Shown one piece after another: positions 9,096 to 19,171 of a DNA stretch of 64,000 nucleotides. The DNA lies in the IMG/VR virus record IMGVR_UViG_3300042505_000794, positions 1-64,000 of that record. One strand, given 5' to 3'. Within the stretch, counting starts at the first letter, position 1. Each line of letters begins with the position of its first letter. This DNA comes from a virus. The notes under the pieces are model-generated. The model ran no database searches. It worked only from the letters and a program-made list of their open reading frames with translations, and had not been told where the DNA came from. Both the position numbers and the translations under genes were made by a program.

Positions 9096-10976
9096 CTAAT
9101 CCAATAATGCCAACCAATCTTTACGTTTGTTTGTACTCAATTTACCATCCTCTTTACTGAAGGCCAGTTTAACTGCTTCGGTATCTTGAGAATCGTCAAT
9201 GGTGTACGGTATTAAACTCTCATCAAATTTTTCCATATATTCTTTGAACTCTTTTGAAGTACTTGTACCCAACCCTTTAAAATATTTTGATGTAAACTTT
9301 TTATTCGTTTTAGCCTTCCATGCTTTGAAATCTTCTTCTGTATAAAAATCGATGATATCTTTTCCTACTGTAACCTTTACTATTGGTGTTTTAAACTTGC
9401 ACACAAAACCTAATTTAAATAATTCTGGCCAAAAAGTATTGAATAAGTTAATTAGTAGTCCCGTAATATGTACTCCATCTGTGTCCGCATCTGTTAATAT
9501 TACTAATTTACCAAAACGTAATTGTGACAATGATTCAACTTTTTCCCCTAACTTTAACCCTGTAATTGTTAAAACATTTTTAAACACTTCGTTATCCATT
9601 AACTTTTTTGGGTCAATTGTAAGCACGTTTAATGGTTTACCTTTTAACGGGTATACAGCATGTAATTTTGGATCTCTACTATTAAGAATTGCCTTAGAGG
9701 CTGAATCCCCCTCAGTTAGCAGAATTGTGCACAAGCTACGATTTTTCTTTTCTGATGCATCTTCAAACTTATCAACTCTGATAGGATCTAACCGGTCGGT
9801 TGTCTTGTTTAATTTCCGCAACTCAGCTTGTAACAATGCATTTTCTTTAGCTTGAGCCCAATCTAAGATTGATTGAACTATACTTGATTTAACTACATGT
9901 TTGATAAATGCGTCAGTTACTTCAAAAGTAGTTCCAAAATTCTTAATCTCGGTAATCATATTCTCTTTTGTTTGACTATCGAACTTTGGTTTGTTAATTT
10001 CTGAATCGATAAACAAATTTAAATGGTTTTTAATTTCACTAGGTTTAACTTGAATACGATGTTTCTTTGCTATATATTCCCGTAATTTAGCAATGATTTG
10101 ATATGCTATATAATCGACATGTTGTCCACCGATCTTTGTTTCAACTGAGTTAACAAACGATACATGACTGAATGAACCATCACTTTTACTAACTCCAATT
10201 CTCCAATGATCATTACTATCAAAAACAAACTCATCTGTATACAGTTTAATATAGTCTTTGAATGAATTGATATGAATCTGGTCACCATTCAAGTACACTT
10301 TTAATTTTGGATTACATCCAGCTACGTCGTAAACACGCTTAACAATTTTATCATAATCACCGTCAGTCATATCTGTTGGTAATTTTAATTTTTCGTAATC
10401 TAATTTATAAGTTATTTTTGTAAATTTATCTTTTGATTTTTTAATAACAGGTTTAGATTTAGTACGTGAGTTATCAGTGTGTTCTTGTTGGAATGAATTT
10501 TTTCCATCTGCAGTTTGAACAATAAACGATGTTGAGAAAATGTTAGTTAAACTTGCACCTTCGCCGTGCGTACCACCTAATTTTGATTCAGCTTGCTCTT
10601 CATCATTAAAATTAGAACCAGATCGTAATTCAAAAATCATTTCAGGTATATATTGATCATGTTCTTTATGTTTTACAACTGGAATACCACCATTGTCGTA
10701 AATAGAAATAACATTGGTATCTCTACAAATATCAACCTTAATTGTAGTAACATGTGATCCAGCTTCAGTTTTACTATGATCAACTGAGTTAGTAATAATC
10801 TCATCAAATAATTTTAAAACGCCCGGTACATATGTTGTTTCGCGTTTTTCAAATTTATCATCGATTATTAAAAACTCTTCCGATGTGTGAGATACTGTAC
10901 TCCCAATATACCTACCAGGTCTTATTAGTACGTGTTCTACCTCATCTAACTTTTTATATTTTTGTTCTATGCTCAT
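9096..10976 (-). CDS. DNA topoisomerase II, GyrB/ParE-like subunit (contiguous T4 gp39+gp60)
   Basis: EHVLIRPGRYIGS, DEIITNSVD (GHKL ATPase), EGDSA, PLKGK, DADTDG, KYFKGLGT. Confidence 0.95.
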   Translation of the reverse strand: MSIEQKYKKLDEVEHVLIRPGRYIGSTVSHTSEEFLIIDDKFEKRETTYVPGVLKLFDEIITNSVDHSKTEAGSHVTTIKVDICRDTNVISIYDNGGIPVVKHKEHDQYIPEMIFELRSGSNFNDEEQAESKLGGTHGEGASLTNIFSTSFIVQTADGKNSFQQEHTDNSRTKSKPVIKKSKDKFTKITYKLDYEKLKLPTDMTDGDYDKIVKRVYDVAGCNPKLKVYLNGDQIHINSFKDYIKLYTDEFVFDSNDHWRIGVSKSDGSFSHVSFVNSVETKIGGQHVDYIAYQIIAKLREYIAKKHRIQVKPSEIKNHLNLFIDSEINKPKFDSQTKENMITEIKNFGTTFEVTDAFIKHVVKSSIVQSILDWAQAKENALLQAELRKLNKTTDRLDPIRVDKFEDASEKKNRSLCTILLTEGDSASKAILNSRDPKLHAVYPLKGKPLNVLTIDPKKLMDNEVFKNVLTITGLKLGEKVESLSQLRFGKLVILTDADTDGVHITGLLINLFNTFWPELFKLGFVCKFKTPIVKVTVGKDIIDFYTEEDFKAWKAKTNKKFTSKYFKGLGTSTSKEFKEYMEKFDESLIPYTIDDSQDTEAVKLAFSKEDGKLSTNKRKDWLALLD

Positions 10977-11097
10977 TTATCGTAACCTTTTTGAGTGTTA
11001 TCATTTCCTAGATGCTCGTATATATAACGAGACGGAAGTGTAAATAAATTATTCAAAAGTATCAACCGTTATAATCAAATATAAAATCCTTAAACGT

Positions 11098-11126
11098 ATT
11101 ATACTATAATCTCTAACGTAAAACAA
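11098..11126 (-). promoter_or_regulatory. sigma70-like promoter for the topoisomerase operon
   Basis: TTGTTT-17 nt-TATAAT on the minus strand. Confidence 0.6.
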
Positions 11127-11226
11127 CTATAACTTGACTAAACTAATGATATTGATGTAGGTATTAGTACGTTGGTATAGCAGATAAATATGTGATTGAA
11201 TGATCAGATATAAGGTAACAATAAAA

Positions 11227-11844
11227 ATGAAACTAAGTGAAGTATCAATATTACATGAAACCCCAATGCGGATTGACAGTTTCGGTGATCTAGCTTTAGA
11301 TAACTATGAATCAAATCGTGTTCGATATGATTTGTTTGTAAAATTTCAAACAAAGAAATTATTAACAACAATCAATGATATTGAGATCTACACGTTAACA
11401 ATAGGTGGTGAAGATTTAATTGTCGGTTTAAACCACTCAATCAAACAAGTCGCATATTATTGTAACTATGAGGTCAAAGTTGAACCAAATATTGGAAGAT
11501 CATGTACGCAAATCATGCTATGGTCTGATAAGAAACCAAAAACAAAAGAAATACCACGTACTATATTCTTTCAGCATCTATTAAAAAAGTTTAAAACGAT
11601 GCAGTCAGATACAATGCAAACATCTGACGGTGAAAAATTTTGGAACTCAAATGTAAAAATTGCTTTTGATGTAGGTCTTAACGTTTATTATTATAATAAC
11701 GCAAGACATAAACTTATCCAAATACCATCATATAAAAATTTTGATATTATGCATTCTGCAGATTTACTGTGGGGTAATGAGTTTGCTCACGGTGATATTA
11801 CTGTTGTTATATCACAAAAAGATTTGAAAGCAGAAAATAGTTGA
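11227..11844 (+). CDS. Hypothetical late protein (possible GNAT-like fold)
   Basis: Likely start MKLSEV at 11227; TAAATA at 11185; motif SDTMQTSDGEKFW. Confidence 0.55.
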   Translation: MKLSEVSILHETPMRIDSFGDLALDNYESNRVRYDLFVKFQTKKLLTTINDIEIYTLTIGGEDLIVGLNHSIKQVAYYCNYEVKVEPNIGRSCTQIMLWSDKKPKTKEIPRTIFFQHLLKKFKTMQSDTMQTSDGEKFWNSNVKIAFDVGLNVYYYNNARHKLIQIPSYKNFDIMHSADLLWGNEFAHGDITVVISQKDLKAENS

Positions 11845-11869
11845 GTATATCTATTAAATAGTATATAAT
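11841..11869 (+). promoter_or_regulatory. sigma70-like early promoter
   Basis: TTGAGT-17 nt-TATAAT upstream of NADAR. Confidence 0.65.
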
Positions 11870-11905
11870 ACCTCATGTATTTGATTAATAGGTGAGGTTA
11901 TAGAT

Positions 11906-12442
11906 ATGGAAGAGTATAATAAAAGTCAAGTTTGTCATTTCAGTAAAGTAAAAGAGCAATGGGGCGAATTATCAAACATGTCAAATGACTGTGCGGTAAG
12001 AGTTAACGGCATTTTAATTAAAAATACTGAAGCATTGTATCAAGCAGCAAGATTTACAGAACATCCAGAAATCCAAATGGAGATTTTAAAAGGACATTCT
12101 GGAATGGCTAGTAAAATGACAAGTAAAAAATATCGTAAAACTCATACACGGTCCGATTGGTGTGAAATTCGTGAAGATGTGATGAGGTATTGCTTAGAAC
12201 TTAAGCTATATCAAAATTACAAAACAATTTCATCAATGTTAGAAGAGACGGGTGATCGTCCAATTGTTGAAAAATCACACAGAGATACTTTTTGGGGCGC
12301 TATTGAGAAAGATAACGTACTGCAAGGTGAAAACGTATTAGGTAAATTATGGATGGATATTCGTAAAGATCCTTCAAGGTTTTATACGAGACCTAGTCAC
12401 AATATTCCATCGTTTAAATTGAATGGTGAGGATGTAAAATGA
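11906..12442 (+). CDS. NADAR/YbiA family protein
   Basis: GELSN, EALYQAARF, DTFWG and GENVLGKLWMDIR motifs. Confidence 0.88.
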   Translation: MEEYNKSQVCHFSKVKEQWGELSNMSNDCAVRVNGILIKNTEALYQAARFTEHPEIQMEILKGHSGMASKMTSKKYRKTHTRSDWCEIREDVMRYCLELKLYQNYKTISSMLEETGDRPIVEKSHRDTFWGAIEKDNVLQGENVLGKLWMDIRKDPSRFYTRPSHNIPSFKLNGEDVK

Positions 12443-12858
12443 GTTTATTTTCAAATATTAAAAACGTACTTAAAGTTAATAATGGGTTGCCTGTACCTAT
12501 CAAATCAGGTACACGAATAGTAGATGGTGATACAGGAGTTGAATATGAATTTGATGGTAAACACTGGAAACGAGTTGTAATGAATGCCTCAACAAGACCA
12601 GCGGATGTAGCAGCTCCACCAGGATCTAGCATGTTTCCACGTGGACTTGATATCAGTTCTAATATCACCTCAAATCCACGTAGAACAAGATCGAGTTCAA
12701 ATAATGATTCAGATACTTTTGTAGCATCGGCTATTTTATATGATGATAATTCAGTTAGATCAAGTAGTTCAGACTATTCATCGAGTGCATCTAGTTGGTC
12801 CAGTGATTCATCTTGTTCGAGCAGTTCGAGTGATTCCGGAGGTGGTAGCTGTGACTAA
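12439..12858 (+). CDS. Hypothetical protein with Ser-rich tail
   Basis: 139 aa; start overlaps the NADAR stop; ends SSDSSCSSSSSDSGGGSCD. Confidence 0.6.
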   Translation: MSLFSNIKNVLKVNNGLPVPIKSGTRIVDGDTGVEYEFDGKHWKRVVMNASTRPADVAAPPGSSMFPRGLDISSNITSNPRRTRSSSNNDSDTFVASAILYDDNSVRSSSSDYSSSASSWSSDSSCSSSSSDSGGGSCD

Positions 12859-13243
12859 TTTAGATAACGTGCAAAATTACGACGACTTGCAAGTATTAGT
12901 TGATACTACACCTGAAGCATTTTTCGATAACCTTAGTTTAATGAGTGCCAAGTTTCCATTATATTTAACGATGTTAAAGTTTTCTGATGTAGTGATCATG
13001 GAATTCGTAAATAACGGGTTAAACCCATTATCGATATTAACATCTCAAAATATTTCTGGATATCTAAAATATTATGTACGTACATTAGAGTATGGGGTAG
13101 AAGCTGTTGATGAAATGTATTCACGATTAGAGACTCTATACCGTAATGAAGCGATATTGCAAAGGTACAACTCGTTAAATTACGATGATCCTCATTATGA
13201 AGCTTTATCAGAAGAGCTTATAAACTTAAAATTTATGTGGTGA
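12851..13243 (+). CDS. Hypothetical protein
   Basis: GTG start at 12851 after GGAGGTGG, in frame with track ORF 12740..13243. Confidence 0.55.
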   Translation: MTNLDNVQNYDDLQVLVDTTPEAFFDNLSLMSAKFPLYLTMLKFSDVVIMEFVNNGLNPLSILTSQNISGYLKYYVRTLEYGVEAVDEMYSRLETLYRNEAILQRYNSLNYDDPHYEALSEELINLKFMW

Positions 13244-13253
13244 CACCATAGTC

Positions 13254-13285
13254 TAAATACCCTAATAACATCATATTGGGGTATT
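13254..13285 (+). promoter_or_regulatory. Late promoter overlapping an RBS-sequestering hairpin
   Basis: TAAATA at 13254-13259; 12-bp stem AATACCCTAATA/TATTGGGGTATT (one G-U) ending 3 nt before ATG 13289. Confidence 0.6.
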
Positions 13286-13288
13286 CTT

Positions 13289-15694
13289 ATGTTTAAGATC
13301 TTGTCGGAAATTCATACAACTACAAAACAAATTAAAAAAGGTAATAAAACTATTACCGTTCATGAACCTGATTGGGAAATTAGCAATGCTGACCAGAGTT
13401 CCATGGGTGTCAAGCAAATCAAAATACACAGTAAAATGTCACCTGAAGATAAGAGTGCATTTAAATTAATTCAAGATAACATCGTACAATATAAAAAATC
13501 GTTAAGATCTAAAGGTGATACGGTAACTGCTGATGCTATACCTGATAAAATTGCAAACCCTCCTGAATTTGTATTTGCATGTTGGACATACACATTTAAA
13601 AAAACACCTGATACGACTGATGAGTTAGTACGCACACTCGGAGCAATGTCTGCGATTAAAGGTCGTAACGAATATTATCAAATGGACCCGCAGCATATTG
13701 AAGACCTTGTATCACATTCATCGACGAGGTTAGCTAACAATATACAACAACTATTAGCAGCAAAACACCAAACGATTCGTGATGAAACAAATCTCGATGA
13801 TGCACTATCTAATATTGCAATAACCAGCAATTTCTACTGGCTTAATAGTTTTAAACCTGGATCTGTTAAATTCCCTGCAAACACTGTATTAGCCCCTCTA
13901 GGTTCAAGTGCAGGGTTAGTTGGAAAGTTCACTAATAAACTAAGTGAAACCACAGGCGCAAAAATCATACAAAATGCATTCATTAAAAGCAACGCTCCTG
14001 TTGTATCAAAATACACTCAAACAGATGATGAAATTGAGCTCCGATTAGGTACTGATTTCTTAGATGAATTACTCAAATCTGATTTTGGACATGATCAAGT
14101 AAGTGTTGCATTAGATGAGGTTCTACATTTTTTACGTACTTATATTGAGATTACAAACTTTAACGGAATTACGTCTAAAATTGTGAATTCCGCTATTACC
14201 AAATTATCTGATGATAAAAAAGTAAATGTTATTAAAGAGTTTGACGTACCTACAGGTGAGAAATACAATACCCCTGAAAAACAGATACGCGGGTATTACA
14301 ATAGGTTGCTAAAACAGTTACGTGTAGCTATAACTAAAGATTACGATCATTACAATGATAGTATTCGTACGTCATTGAAGCAAATATTAGATCTTAAAAA
14401 TGATAAAACAATATCAGATGAATCTAAGAAAGCAAAAAGAATTGAGTTAATCAACAATATTAAAGATATTAAGAAAGAACTTAAAACCATTCCATTACCG
14501 AATGTATCATCAGGTGGTAATGAAAACATAGCTTCATATGACAAATTTCGTAAATTGGTATCATCCGTATACAAATATGTTAATTCTCTTAATTTAAAAA
14601 CAACAGACGACGATGCTGCTATCAAGAAGATGATGGACAGTATCGATGAAAACAAAGGATTTGCAGAACAATTACAATCGTTATACTTGATTAAAAATGC
14701 AAAACTATTTAAATTTTCAGGTGCACAAGCTACAGCTGGAGGAGATTTCAATAAAGGTTTTAGTCGATTCCAATTATTAAATCTTGATACCGCTAAAACG
14801 TTACATGGTAAAAATATTGTTATTGTTGACGATAATATAAGTTCAGGTGGTACAATTAGAGATGCTGTTGTTTCATTGTACGCAAACGGTATTATTCCTT
14901 TATCTATTCTTGTTGTAGCTCCTCATTTACTCAATAACACAGCTGCTAAGTATGATCCTGAGATTGCGGGGGTTTCAAAAGAAGATTGGGTAAAACAACG
15001 TAACCTAGCTACTAAAGATATTGAAGCAGGTGATGCCGATTATCGTAAAAAAGCTATTGAAAAAATACACGATGAAGTTACGTTGAACAGTGGAAACCCA
15101 GAAGCGTTAAAACGTTTAGCTGATTTAGCTATCGATATTGTTACCGATAATAAATCTTTTTCACATATCATTGATGCTCGTAAAATCCTCGTAAACCCAT
15201 TCATGTATGATAATTTTATCGATGTAGTCGTATCAATGGGCAAAGCTAAAAATATGTACGGTGATTGGTATAATACTCACTACGAAGAAATTGAACGTGC
15301 AAGAAAAGAAGCTGATCTCTTGAAAAAAGCAAGACGTGAACAGGCTAACACGGATAGATTAGCAGCTGAACAGCGTGCATTACAAAAAGATAAAAAATTA
15401 GATAGAGCAAGAATTGATGTACCTACAATTGAAACACTCGATGATAAAATTGCTAAATTAGAGCTTCTACGTACAAGAGCTACATCAGATGAAAAGTTAG
15501 CAACACTATTACCTGAAATTGAATCAAAACTACTATTCCTTAACGTTATGAACAGTCAAGAAAAAGGTGGGTATGTACTTAATGATATGAAAAACCGGTA
15601 TGAACAGATTCGGAAGTACCTAGGTACAAAAAATTACACTGCAGCAAATTCTATTTCTAGACAGTTAGATAGAGAAATTAAAGCTAAACGGTAA
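13289..15694 (+). CDS. Large protein with type I phosphoribosyltransferase motif
   Basis: KNIVIVDDNISSGGTIRDAV PRPP-binding loop within an 801-aa protein; coiled-coil C-terminus. Confidence 0.6.
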   Translation: MFKILSEIHTTTKQIKKGNKTITVHEPDWEISNADQSSMGVKQIKIHSKMSPEDKSAFKLIQDNIVQYKKSLRSKGDTVTADAIPDKIANPPEFVFACWTYTFKKTPDTTDELVRTLGAMSAIKGRNEYYQMDPQHIEDLVSHSSTRLANNIQQLLAAKHQTIRDETNLDDALSNIAITSNFYWLNSFKPGSVKFPANTVLAPLGSSAGLVGKFTNKLSETTGAKIIQNAFIKSNAPVVSKYTQTDDEIELRLGTDFLDELLKSDFGHDQVSVALDEVLHFLRTYIEITNFNGITSKIVNSAITKLSDDKKVNVIKEFDVPTGEKYNTPEKQIRGYYNRLLKQLRVAITKDYDHYNDSIRTSLKQILDLKNDKTISDESKKAKRIELINNIKDIKKELKTIPLPNVSSGGNENIASYDKFRKLVSSVYKYVNSLNLKTTDDDAAIKKMMDSIDENKGFAEQLQSLYLIKNAKLFKFSGAQATAGGDFNKGFSRFQLLNLDTAKTLHGKNIVIVDDNISSGGTIRDAVVSLYANGIIPLSILVVAPHLLNNTAAKYDPEIAGVSKEDWVKQRNLATKDIEAGDADYRKKAIEKIHDEVTLNSGNPEALKRLADLAIDIVTDNKSFSHIIDARKILVNPFMYDNFIDVVVSMGKAKNMYGDWYNTHYEEIERARKEADLLKKARREQANTDRLAAEQRALQKDKKLDRARIDVPTIETLDDKIAKLELLRTRATSDEKLATLLPEIESKLLFLNVMNSQEKGGYVLNDMKNRYEQIRKYLGTKNYTAANSISRQLDREIKAKR

Positions 15695-15707
15695 TATACA
15701 GATAAAG

Positions 15708-15731
15708 AAAAGGGCGCATATGCGCCCTTTT
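15708..15731. terminator. Bidirectional intrinsic terminator
   Basis: AAAAGGGCGCATATGCGCCCTTTT palindrome between convergent genes. Confidence 0.85.
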
Positions 15732-16478
15732 TTATACTTCTATAGTACGTACATTGAAGATGTCAAAACAATCTTCAAATTTGTAACCTCTTGAATTAGA
15801 TCGAACTTTACAATCGTTGTAATCTATATCAACACTATCATGTAGATGCCCGTGAATCCAATATTTGATACCGTCCATATATTGTAACATATCTGAACAA
15901 TAACAACCTTGTATTTCAAAGTTATCACCAATTTTTGATTTGGCAGTTGTTAAGTACGTTGGACTGTGGTGAGATATCGCTATATTAATATATTTCGATT
16001 TATCAACCGATTTAAAAAAGTTAACATACTCAGCATGCTTTTCAATGATATCGTATATAGACAGCATTTCGTTACCGTTGCGTATACGTCTGTAATCATT
16101 AATCGTTCTAGATGCTTGTTTCATTGTACCAGCATCTAAATTGTTAAAATGTGTCCAACCTGTACCTCCAATAAATTGCACACCGTCGATGATTTTTGTT
16201 TGGTTGTCCAACAAATAAATGTTCTTATACGAGTTACAAAACGTACGTAGGGATTCAATTATGTTAATATCACTATCGTAATATTCATGGTTGCCCGGTA
16301 CGTATATGACGTGTTTGTATTTTTTTGATATATCTTCGAAAAATCCTGAGATGTTGTAATCAAACAACGATACATGATATATATCACCTGCTAGTATTAA
16401 AACATCACTAGTCGGTTTTTGAAGTCTCAGGGGTGATTTTTCAAGATGTAAATCTGACATGTAATCTATTTTCATCAA
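15732..16478 (-). CDS. Calcineurin-like metallophosphoesterase
   Basis: SDLHLE, LAGD, PGNHE, SHH and HGHLH motifs. Confidence 0.9.
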   Translation of the reverse strand: MMKIDYMSDLHLEKSPLRLQKPTSDVLILAGDIYHVSLFDYNISGFFEDISKKYKHVIYVPGNHEYYDSDINIIESLRTFCNSYKNIYLLDNQTKIIDGVQFIGGTGWTHFNNLDAGTMKQASRTINDYRRIRNGNEMLSIYDIIEKHAEYVNFFKSVDKSKYINIAISHHSPTYLTTAKSKIGDNFEIQGCYCSDMLQYMDGIKYWIHGHLHDSVDIDYNDCKVRSNSRGYKFEDCFDIFNVRTIEV

Positions 16479-16569
16479 TCACCTTAAACAATTTGTGTAA
16501 AACTCTATTATATATTAAAATGGCTAAAACCATCAAAAATAAATATCTATTTAATACGGGAACTTTAAT

Positions 16570-16758
16570 ATGGAACAGATTAAATCTTGGTACGATAATT
16601 TATTACATTGTGCAGCCAGTGTAACCTGCGCACCCCTGGTTATAATATTAGCAGTCGTGTTTACAGCGTGCATGGCTGTTATGGTAGCATTAGGCATAGC
16701 AGCTATCAGCATAATGTTTTTCGTTGATTATTTTTATAAACTATTTGTAAATCATTGA
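16570..16758 (+). CDS. Small membrane protein
   Basis: 62 aa with a ~35-aa hydrophobic stretch. Confidence 0.5.
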   Translation: MEQIKSWYDNLLHCAASVTCAPLVIILAVVFTACMAVMVALGIAAISIMFFVDYFYKLFVNH

Positions 16759-16783
16759 TATAAATTCAAAAATATATTATAAT
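16755..16783 (+). promoter_or_regulatory. sigma70-like early promoter
   Basis: TTGATA-17 nt-TATAAT. Confidence 0.65.
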
Positions 16784-16810
16784 AATATTTTTTATGAAAA
16801 CTATACTCAT

Positions 16811-17248
16811 ATGGATACAGAAAAACTTAGTATATTTGATGTTCTTAATCAAATAAACAACAAAAACTTTAATTATTTAGATACGTTATCTGATGATATG
16901 CGTAAACAATTTAGTCCGTATGTGGTATACCAGTGGTTGACATGTACGGACAACCCTGAACAATATATGTTATTAGCGCATTATGTTAATGAAAATATCT
17001 TAGCGTTATCGAACCATCCTGAATTGTTGTATAAATTGTTGTGTACAACTTCATGTGGGAGCCGTACAAGATATAATTGGATGTACAAAAAGAAAGAATC
17101 ATCGTTACCAATTACAATAATCTCTGAATATTTAAAATGTTCAAAGCGTGTTGCAAAAATGCATCTACCAAGTTTTAACCATGACGATATAGTCAAGATG
17201 GCAAAAAAGCTTGGTTATCAAGATGCAGATATTAAAAAACTTTTATAG
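16811..17248 (+). CDS. Clamp loader small subunit, gp62-like
   Basis: FSPYVVYQWL...VNE...HPELLYKLLC...YNW...ISEYLKCS pattern typical of gp62-like proteins. Confidence 0.65.
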   Translation: MDTEKLSIFDVLNQINNKNFNYLDTLSDDMRKQFSPYVVYQWLTCTDNPEQYMLLAHYVNENILALSNHPELLYKLLCTTSCGSRTRYNWMYKKKESSLPITIISEYLKCSKRVAKMHLPSFNHDDIVKMAKKLGYQDADIKKLL

Positions 17249-17260
17249 CAAAAGGAAATT

Positions 17261-17560
17261 ATGTTAATTACATCAGCAGCATCAACAGCCATATTATTTG
17301 TCAATTTGACAATTCCTAAAAAAATGTTTAAATCAATGAGTGAGTGTGAATCGTTTAAACACACTATTGAAAAACAAATATCAACTCATTATAATCCTGT
17401 AGATTTATTTCATCGAATGCCTACACTATCTTGTGTACTTAAACCATCTAAACCAGTTAAAGCTAAACCTGTAAAACCAAAAATCGTTAAACCTTTTAAA
17501 TCAAAAATCGTTAAACCTGTTAAACAAGATCCTAAACCGCACAACAACCTAAAGAAGTAG
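17261..17560 (+). CDS. Hypothetical protein, hydrophobic N-terminus and Lys/Pro-rich tail
   Basis: 99 aa; KPVK/KIVKP repeats; AAGGA RBS. Confidence 0.55.
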   Translation: MLITSAASTAILFVNLTIPKKMFKSMSECESFKHTIEKQISTHYNPVDLFHRMPTLSCVLKPSKPVKAKPVKPKIVKPFKSKIVKPVKQDPKPHNNLKK

Positions 17561-17563
17561 CCT

Positions 17564-18232
17564 ATGTTCTATGAATGTCGTTTTTGTTCAAAACTCTTTA
17601 AACGAGAAACGTCATTTCTAAGACATAATTGTAAAGAACGTCAACGTCATTTCGAAGCATCTACCGTTGAAGCGCAGACAGCTTTTACTCTGTTTAAACG
17701 GTGGATGCTATTAAAGCATAAACGTGATGTTAATTATGATTCGTTTAAATTGTCAAGATTTTATAATGCATTCTTAAAGTTTGCAAAATATTATAGACTT
17801 ATCAATGGGTTATCACAACTTGATGAATTTTTATTGTTAATGATCAAACGCGATATTTCTCCAGCATATTGGTTAAATGAGCGAGTATTATCGTTTTATA
17901 TAACGCAAATGGATCTTTCCACGCCAACCTCAAAAATCGGTAAATCTATTAAATCGATTATAAAGCTATGTAACGCATATGATTGCGAAACTTCAAACTT
18001 TTTCAATTATATTGAATTTGATGTAATGCTATCATTTATTAAACTTCATAAGTTGTCTCCTTGGGTGTTATTAAATAGTAAACAATTCATGGTATGGGTA
18101 GAGAACCTGACAGATGAGCAACAGTATATCATGGATAATATTATTGATAGTGAAAAATGGATTTATGTTTTTAAAGAAAATACAAAAACTGTCGATTTTG
18201 CTAAACAATGCGTCAAGGAACTTGAATTATGA
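17564..18232 (+). CDS. Hypothetical protein with N-terminal zinc finger
   Basis: CRFC...RHNC motif; 222 aa. Confidence 0.6.
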   Translation: MFYECRFCSKLFKRETSFLRHNCKERQRHFEASTVEAQTAFTLFKRWMLLKHKRDVNYDSFKLSRFYNAFLKFAKYYRLINGLSQLDEFLLLMIKRDISPAYWLNERVLSFYITQMDLSTPTSKIGKSIKSIIKLCNAYDCETSNFFNYIEFDVMLSFIKLHKLSPWVLLNSKQFMVWVENLTDEQQYIMDNIIDSEKWIYVFKENTKTVDFAKQCVKELEL

Positions 18233-18432
18233 TTATTAATTGCCCTGAGTTTAATAAAAAATATACAGCAACGCAACACGATGATGCGATTTATATTCAT
18301 CGCAAAGACAGCGATTATTGGAAAATATCAGAACAAAATGGCATTTATCGGCTTGTAGCATGGAATCGCAATTACAAATACGATGTGTATTTTGATAATT
18401 TTGATAATTTAATTAGCTACATTACAAAGTAG
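18229..18432 (+). CDS. Hypothetical protein
   Basis: 67 aa; ATGA overlap with the upstream gene. Confidence 0.55.
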   Translation: MIINCPEFNKKYTATQHDDAIYIHRKDSDYWKISEQNGIYRLVAWNRNYKYDVYFDNFDNLISYITK

Positions 18433-18461
18433 TTGATTTACATTTAGATTTAATTTATAAT
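18433..18461 (+). promoter_or_regulatory. sigma70-like early promoter
   Basis: TTGATT-17 nt-TATAAT upstream of Sir2. Confidence 0.65.
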
Positions 18462-18493
18462 ACATTCATAGATTAAATTAACAGGAGTTGTAA

Positions 18494-19159
18494 ATGAAGG
18501 TAGTAGTATTATCAGGAGCTGGTATTAGTCAAGAATCTGGAATTAAAACTTTCAGAGATAGTAACGGTCTATGGGAAGAGCATGATATTCATGAAGTTGC
18601 TCACCCCGAAGGTTGGGAAAAAGATCGTACTCTAGTTAATCGATTCTATAATGCACGTCGTAAACAATTGCATGAATGTGTACCAAATGCTGCACATCAT
18701 GCATTAGCGGAACTTGAAGATAAACATGATGTTACAATCATTACTCAAAACGTAGACGATTTACATGAACGTGGTGGTAGCTCAAACGTTGTACATTTAC
18801 ACGGTGAAATGTTTAAAGTACGAGACGAAGTTACTGGAGAGGTATATGAATGGAAGGACGATTTAAAAGATGACGATTTAAGTCGTAAAGGTAACCCGTT
18901 ACGACCGCACGTTGTATGGTTTACTGAACCGGTACCTGCTATGGATTTAGCAATTGAGTTAGTAAACGAAGCTGATTTAATTTTAATTATTGGGACTTCA
19001 TTAGAAGTATACCCTGCTGCAAATTTATATCGATATGCGAAACCTGATTGTGACATCCACGTGTTTAACATGGATGAATTATCTGAGTTTACTGCAGGTG
19101 AACAACATATCGGTAAAGCTGGTACCACGGTACCTAATTTCATTAAAACTTTGATTTAG
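18494..19159 (+). CDS. cobB: Sir2/CobB-like NAD-dependent deacylase
   Basis: GAGISQESGIKTFR, TQNVDDLHERGG, HLHG, RPHVVWF, GTSLEVYPAA. Confidence 0.9.
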   Translation: MKVVVLSGAGISQESGIKTFRDSNGLWEEHDIHEVAHPEGWEKDRTLVNRFYNARRKQLHECVPNAAHHALAELEDKHDVTIITQNVDDLHERGGSSNVVHLHGEMFKVRDEVTGEVYEWKDDLKDDDLSRKGNPLRPHVVWFTEPVPAMDLAIELVNEADLILIIGTSLEVYPAANLYRYAKPDCDIHVFNMDELSEFTAGEQHIGKAGTTVPNFIKTLI

Positions 19160-19171
19160 AGGAAGTCAATC

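Noticed and set aside
9096-10976. T4-type split gp39/gp60 with translational bypass
   Set aside because: ATPase and TOPRIM regions are in one uninterrupted 626-aa ORF.
11906-19159. Complete NAD reconstitution pathway (NARP1/NARP2)
   Set aside because: No recognisable Namat/Nampt or NMNAT gene in the window, and the PRTase-motif protein does not look like a PRPP-synthetase-type Adps.
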